Of a DNA stretch of 64,000 bases, positions 59,471-64,000 are shown piece after piece; the stretch's first letter is position 1, and every line of letters starts with the position of its first letter. The translations under genes were made by a program, and so were the position numbers. A model generated the notes under the pieces. It was not told the DNA's origin, ran no database searches, and was given only the letters and a program-made list of their open reading frames with translations. The stretch is from Patescibacteria group bacterium. Its GTDB lineage: Bacteria > Patescibacteriota > UBA1384 > UBA12157 > JAENIV01. Location: positions 2,421 to 66,420 of the forward strand of contig JBAYHL010000001.1 of the NCBI GenBank assembly GCA_041666185.1, in the 5' to 3' direction.

Positions 59471-59510
59471 CTAGTATTATATACCTAGTATACTAGGTAT
59501 ATAATACTAG
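59471..59510. repeat. 40-bp perfect palindrome CTAGTATTATATACCTAGTA|TACTAGGTATATAATACTAG
   Basis: Exact dyad symmetry; contains TATAAT-like hexamers; lies between the recombinase module and the T4SS module. Confidence 0.9.
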
Positions 59511-59596
59511 TGTCAAGAGAGTAATTAAACCTGTTGTTAGTAATTTATTGAACACCAAAAAGACTTTTCCACAGGTTAAAGTTTATAAAATGAAAA

Positions 59597-60262
59597 TCAG
59601 CTTTGAGAATTTATGATTTGTTGCGGAGGGTTTGCGGGTGGATCGCCTGTTAAGAATACTCTCGGATTAACAGGTATCCCGAAGACTTTTATTTCGAAGT
59701 GTAAATGAGGGCCGGTTGACCAACCTGTATTGCCTCTAGCGCCTATAATAGTGCCAACTACAACCTCATCTCCCTCCTGCACTGCGATACTATCCAAATG
59801 AGCATAGATTGATGTTATATGATGTCCATTGTCGATTTCTACATGTTTGCCAAATCCCCAAGAAGTTTCTCCGGCATAAATAACTTTACCAGCCATAAAA
59901 GCGCCGACAGGGTCGCCGACTTCGTGATTTGGGCTGGCAATATCAATGCCGGTATGGAACGGGTCGTAGGGCAAAAAGACTTGCCCGAATTCAAGAGTAA
60001 CCGGCCCGTTTATAGGCCACATAACAGAAGTTTCTACATGATCAATAATAGCTCCAGTGGCGGGGTCGTGAATATCCACCTGAGTCGTTTGAGGATCGTT
60101 TGATACCAGAACCCCTGAAACTGCGTCTATTCCGACTTGGGTTAACATAAATACCGCTATCACAGGCAGTAGACATACGGCTATGAGAGTTAAGAATATG
60201 ATTTTAATCTCCTGCTTCATGGAGAAAGCAAGAGCGATGTATCGTATTGCAGTCACGTTCAT
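59597..60262 (-). CDS. M23 family peptidase (LytM), membrane anchored; likely T4SS-associated cell-wall hydrolase
   Basis: HTGIDIA...HLHFEI motifs; N-terminal TM. Confidence 0.8.
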   Translation of the reverse strand: MNVTAIRYIALAFSMKQEIKIIFLTLIAVCLLPVIAVFMLTQVGIDAVSGVLVSNDPQTTQVDIHDPATGAIIDHVETSVMWPINGPVTLEFGQVFLPYDPFHTGIDIASPNHEVGDPVGAFMAGKVIYAGETSWGFGKHVEIDNGHHITSIYAHLDSIAVQEGDEVVVGTIIGARGNTGWSTGPHLHFEIKVFGIPVNPRVFLTGDPPANPPQQIINSQS

Positions 60263-62046
60263 TATTTCACCCTAGCTAATTCCGCTGGGTCAGTAGTAAT
60301 AAGCGGATGCTCGTTTTCCGAGGCAGTTACTTTAACTGCGACATGGTGCTGGTCGGCGATTATTAAAGCTTCGCCCCGCTCGCAGGTCAATAAAAACTTT
60401 TGTTCATATTCGCTTAGCTTAAATTCCGAGGCCACTTTGTTGATTGTAGTGGTATCTTGCCTCATTAAGATTCTTAGGGCGCTTTGAGAAGCGATCGCTT
60501 GCCCATAGGCATTTTGTAGGAAATCATTTGCTTGCTGAGAGATGATAGACACTCCCAAGTAATACTTTCGAGCTCGTCTAACTAATCCGGCGATAAATCG
60601 GGCACTTTCTTCATGTTCAAGCAAAAGCCATGCTTCATCAATAATCAATAAGCGTTTTTGCATGAATGCTTTTACTTGGTTTTGGACGAATTGGGCGATG
60701 ACCAAATGCATCAGCTGGCGAAGCGACTCGGGCAAATCTTTAGTATCGAAAACCACCAACCTATTATCCAGTTCCAAATTAGTCTGGGAATTAAATACTT
60801 CCGCTAATGAGCCGGTGGTGTATTTTTCCAATCTTCGGCAAAGCTTTGTCTGTTTCAACGATTTAAGTGTCATATAGAAATCGTATAGAAGAGGATAAAT
60901 TTGAGTTTCTCTTTTCTTTGGTTTTTTAGATGACCAGCCGAACTTCTTATAAGTTTGTAATATTGCTTGGTCAACAACTGATTTTTCTTCGGCAGATAAT
61001 CCCTCTGCCATTAGAGAAATTATTTCTGTTAAAGATTGAACATGGTCGGAAAAACTATCCGGCTCGGTGAAGGCATTGACTGATAGATCAAACGGATTTA
61101 TTTTTTCATCAGAATGAACAGAGAGCTTAATATATGTGCCCTTGACCGATTCGGCTAATCTTCGATATTCCCGTTCAGGATCGATCACTAAAATTTTTGT
61201 GCCTTGCATTAAATGGCGCAGAATTTCCACTTTGGCGGTGTAGCTTTTGCCGGCTCCTGATTGGGCGAATAAAATACTGTTGGCATTAGGCAAAGCAAAT
61301 CTGTCCACTATAACAAGAGAGTTATTTGAGCGGTTGATTCCATATAAAATGCCCGATTCCTGGACATATTCAGAGGAGATGAAAGGAAAAGTCATGGCTG
61401 CCGATGAACTGTCTAAGTTTCTCTTTTGAGCCAGTTGGTTATCTCCGCGAGGCAAGACCGACTGCAAACCCTCCAACTGCTGATACATTGCGGTTTTAGT
61501 ATAAAATAGTCTGGTCGCCAATACTGTTTCGAGCAATTTCGTTACTTTGTCTAAGTCGATAAGATTGTCAGCTGCCAGGGCGATGTAGAGCGAAACTTGG
61601 AAGAGATTTTCCTGCCCTCGCTGGATTTTATCCCGCAGTTCGATGGCCGAGTCCAGCGGATCGGTCAGTTCGGAGCCGACAATTTTGCCATCCCTCTCCA
61701 TCGCTCTTTTAGTGGAAATGAGTTCAGTGATTTTACGATTAAGTTTTGGCAGAGCTAAAGTGGCGTCGACCGGCTCGATATGATAGGAAATATCGACATT
61801 ATGGTTGAAGTTAATTAAATGGTTAAGCCAGCCGCTAGAAGCGGTGTAGGGATAGCCCGAAACGAAAAGAGTTCTTAAATATCTTCCGTCAATCACGATA
61901 TGATCGCTTTCTTCCTGAAGTCCAGAGTAAGTTATGAAATCCAACTGGTCTTGCTCGCCGAATTGAAAATTCAGCACTTTCTGCCTTTCGAGCTTTTTAT
62001 CCTTCTTTTTGGGCTTGGTTTTTACTTTAGAAAAAATTTTGTTCAT
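60262..62046 (-). CDS. VirB4/TrbE/PrgJ-family conjugative ATPase (ATPase portion)
   Basis: Walker A SGAGKS, Walker B IIDEAWLLL, arginine-finger region RRARKYYLGVSIISQQ. Confidence 0.8.
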   Translation of the reverse strand: MNKIFSKVKTKPKKKDKKLERQKVLNFQFGEQDQLDFITYSGLQEESDHIVIDGRYLRTLFVSGYPYTASSGWLNHLINFNHNVDISYHIEPVDATLALPKLNRKITELISTKRAMERDGKIVGSELTDPLDSAIELRDKIQRGQENLFQVSLYIALAADNLIDLDKVTKLLETVLATRLFYTKTAMYQQLEGLQSVLPRGDNQLAQKRNLDSSSAAMTFPFISSEYVQESGILYGINRSNNSLVIVDRFALPNANSILFAQSGAGKSYTAKVEILRHLMQGTKILVIDPEREYRRLAESVKGTYIKLSVHSDEKINPFDLSVNAFTEPDSFSDHVQSLTEIISLMAEGLSAEEKSVVDQAILQTYKKFGWSSKKPKKRETQIYPLLYDFYMTLKSLKQTKLCRRLEKYTTGSLAEVFNSQTNLELDNRLVVFDTKDLPESLRQLMHLVIAQFVQNQVKAFMQKRLLIIDEAWLLLEHEESARFIAGLVRRARKYYLGVSIISQQANDFLQNAYGQAIASQSALRILMRQDTTTINKVASEFKLSEYEQKFLLTCERGEALIIADQHHVAVKVTASENEHPLITTDPAELARVK

Positions 62047-62647
62047 TTGTTTGCCTCGCTATTGCCTGAGCAAGCGGCTGAGTTTTGGCTTGATCGGGCT
62101 TATAAAAGCTATAAAATAGGTCTAATATCTCCAAGCCGGTGATTTGCCTTGCCGACATGCCGATTTTCTCCATGCCCTTGATGATTATCTCCTGCTCAAG
62201 AAGCAAATGCTCTTTGGCGATATAAAATTCACTGGCCGTCTTATTGTTATAGGGAATTACGACATAAAATTTTCTGGATAAAATCTTATTGCCGGAGATC
62301 AGTTTTCTAATGAATTTGCTGTAATTCTTCATTTGCTCCAAATAAATTTCTTCGGTTTCATCCGAGCAGGATTCCTGGATATTTTCCAAATACTTTTCGA
62401 TATCCAACTCTCTAATGCGAATCAATATTTGCAATGGAATTGTTAAGGAGTTTAGGAATGATTGAAAATTGTCGATTAAAACATCCTGTTCTTCTTCGCT
62501 TTGCAATTCGAAGTTTAAGGACGACACCGACAAGATCGAACGATAACTGTTGTCTGACAGAACCAAGATATTGTCTCTGATTTCTTTTATTCCGATCTGG
62601 CTTCTGGCCGAGCCCTTATTCTTCGCTTGCTGCAACTGAAACATCAA
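62027..62647 (-). CDS. VirB4 N-terminal (CagE_TrbE_VirB-like) domain as a separate ORF
   Basis: IRDNILVLSDNSYRSILSVSSLNFELQSEEEQ...FLNSLTIPLQIL matches the VirB4 N-domain pattern; 20-nt overlap with the ATPase ORF. Confidence 0.55.
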   Translation of the reverse strand: MMFQLQQAKNKGSARSQIGIKEIRDNILVLSDNSYRSILSVSSLNFELQSEEEQDVLIDNFQSFLNSLTIPLQILIRIRELDIEKYLENIQESCSDETEEIYLEQMKNYSKFIRKLISGNKILSRKFYVVIPYNNKTASEFYIAKEHLLLEQEIIIKGMEKIGMSARQITGLEILDLFYSFYKPDQAKTQPLAQAIARQTNEQNFF

Positions 62648-63128
62648 TGCCTCCTTTCTTGGCCAGGCCGAAGCGGAAATTAAGCGATGGGTTGCCCAGC
62701 AGCCTGTCGATTTTGACCTGGTCTTCTAGTGAAACAGCATATCTCAATTTTTTCTCTTGCTTTGTTTCTTTGACGACAGTTTTCTTCCTTTCTTCAGTGA
62801 AAGCGATAGCTTCTCCTGCTCGGCTGGCTAAATCATTTTTAGTAAAAATGTATATTCTCGGTCTTAGCTTGAAGCGAAGTAGAATAACCAGCCAATCTAT
62901 TAGAATTTTCCCTTTAATTCGGATAGCCAAAGTGCCGAAAACCAGAAATTGCAGGCCGATTAGAATTAGTTTAATTAAACTGAAACGCGAACTCGGCGGG
63001 ATTAAGACATAAACCGCTGTGCTTGTAATGAGAGGTATAACCAGCATAATAATTTGCGTAAATGTCAGATTGCCGGCGATTCGGTCTTCAACCGTTGTTA
63101 TCTGTGCCGGTACGACTGTTGTTTTCAT
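62616..63128 (-). CDS. VirB3/PrgI-like small membrane protein
   Basis: Two TM helices near the N-terminus; position immediately upstream of VirB4. Confidence 0.45.
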   Translation of the reverse strand: MKTTVVPAQITTVEDRIAGNLTFTQIIMLVIPLITSTAVYVLIPPSSRFSLIKLILIGLQFLVFGTLAIRIKGKILIDWLVILLRFKLRPRIYIFTKNDLASRAGEAIAFTEERKKTVVKETKQEKKLRYAVSLEDQVKIDRLLGNPSLNFRFGLAKKGGIDVSVAASEE

Positions 63129-63997
63129 TTTACCCTCGCAGTCTGTTTAATTGTTTGATGAGTGGCAACTTTTGATACAGTATTGCCGCCTGGGCTTAAA
63201 ACATTTAATATTTGTGAACCGAACTTTCTAAACATTCCGCTATTTTGCGATGTTAGAACCAACTGAATCATCGTCGAGCTGCTTTTGAGAAGCACTGAAA
63301 AGAGAGCAATTCCGACTAAAGCGGCGATAAACGGGTTGGAGCCCTCCTGGCCTGGAATAGTTAGAAAAGCTGAGGCCAGCTGAATTAACACGACATGAAC
63401 GAATAAAGTAAATATCATCACCAAGTATGCTTTAGCGGCGCTTTCGGCAAAGCCGGTCGCCTTAGGAATGAGCCACAAAAGGCAAAGGATTGGTGAAATG
63501 ACCGCTCCGAAAGCAAGAATCATCAATCGGCTAATGTAGAAGAGAAGAAGCACGACCGCCAGCACAATGAATATGACAAGGAATATCAGGGTAATGAGCG
63601 CAGTCGTTCCGCTTAATAATGCTGCAGGATCAAAAGCATTCAAAATCCACGCCTGTCCCAATCCGCCCGTCGCACCAAGCACAGCATGTATCAAAACTTG
63701 GCAGAGCTTGATAAACCAATCGATCAAGAAGATTGAGGTATTAGCTAGTAAGAAGGATAAGCCGATCTTCGGCAGAAGTTCCTTTAAGGACAGTTCTTCA
63801 AATCCGAATGAAGAAGCGCTCATAACATGGAATCCTAAAAGGGCGATTACCAGAACATAGAGCGAATCGGTTATTCCGACTATGATCAGCCAGAAATTAA
63901 ATACCACTGAATTGGTTGCCAGTGTCGGCGTATTGGTTAAAAATCCCATAATGCCGTCCATTATTGGTTTAGTGGCTGATTGGACGATATTTTTCAA
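63125..63997 (-). CDS. VirB6/TrbL/PrgH-like polytopic membrane protein (start near window edge, possibly incomplete)
   Basis: At least six hydrophobic helices; upstream of VirB3/VirB4 as in Gram-positive T4SS loci. Confidence 0.5.
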   Translation of the reverse strand: MKNIVQSATKPIMDGIMGFLTNTPTLATNSVVFNFWLIIVGITDSLYVLVIALLGFHVMSASSFGFEELSLKELLPKIGLSFLLANTSIFLIDWFIKLCQVLIHAVLGATGGLGQAWILNAFDPAALLSGTTALITLIFLVIFIVLAVVLLLFYISRLMILAFGAVISPILCLLWLIPKATGFAESAAKAYLVMIFTLFVHVVLIQLASAFLTIPGQEGSNPFIAALVGIALFSVLLKSSSTMIQLVLTSQNSGMFRKFGSQILNVLSPGGNTVSKVATHQTIKQTARVK

Positions 63998-64000
63998 GAA

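Larger units (their letters stand above)
57672..64000. mobile_element. integrated conjugative/T4SS-bearing element adjacent to tRNA-Pro (right boundary beyond window)
   Basis: Serine recombinase abutting the tRNA, T4SS genes, and GC visibly above the chromosomal background. Confidence 0.65.

Overview
This 64 kb window comes from a low-GC (about one-third G+C by eye), gene-dense bacterial chromosome. Several features (a fused def-fmt gene, an editing-domain-less ThrRS, an ATPase-dead PriA, and S16/L25 with charged tails) fit a reduced-genome Patescibacteria/CPR-type organism; that placement is inference. Start codons include TTG and GTG, and AUC/AUU may be used at two genes. Stops follow the standard code (table 11). 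The core gene set is uvrA, rnhB, an HrpA-like helicase, infC-rpmI-rplT, rpsP, a KH-domain protein, trmD, rplY, a miaB-like gene, thrS, glyA, dcd, a dCMP deaminase, a ThyX-like gene, gpmI, lepB, lgt, smpB, udk, HU and bactofilin. Five tRNAs are present (Gln-UUG, Val-CAC, Val-GAC, Arg-CCU, Pro-CGG), and all but tRNA-Gln encode CCA. RNase P RNA (antisense to a spurious ORF) and tmRNA are both recognisable. Accessory content: a MacAB-like export operon with a small secreted protein and an M23 peptidase; a two-component system with a Spy-like periplasmic protein; a complete AmmeMemoRadiSam triad; a 1616-aa surface protein with about 18 Asp-box/BNR repeats encoded by near-identical tandem DNA repeats; an XRE-HTH::Hsp20 in-frame fusion; and a GC-atypical HAF-repeat secreted protein. 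From tRNA-Pro (57671) to the window end lies a compositionally distinct integrated element. It carries a large serine recombinase, a 40-bp perfect palindrome, an M23 hydrolase and a Gram-positive-style type IV secretion module (VirB6-like, VirB3-like and a split VirB4). This element is the strongest candidate for a poorly described system here.
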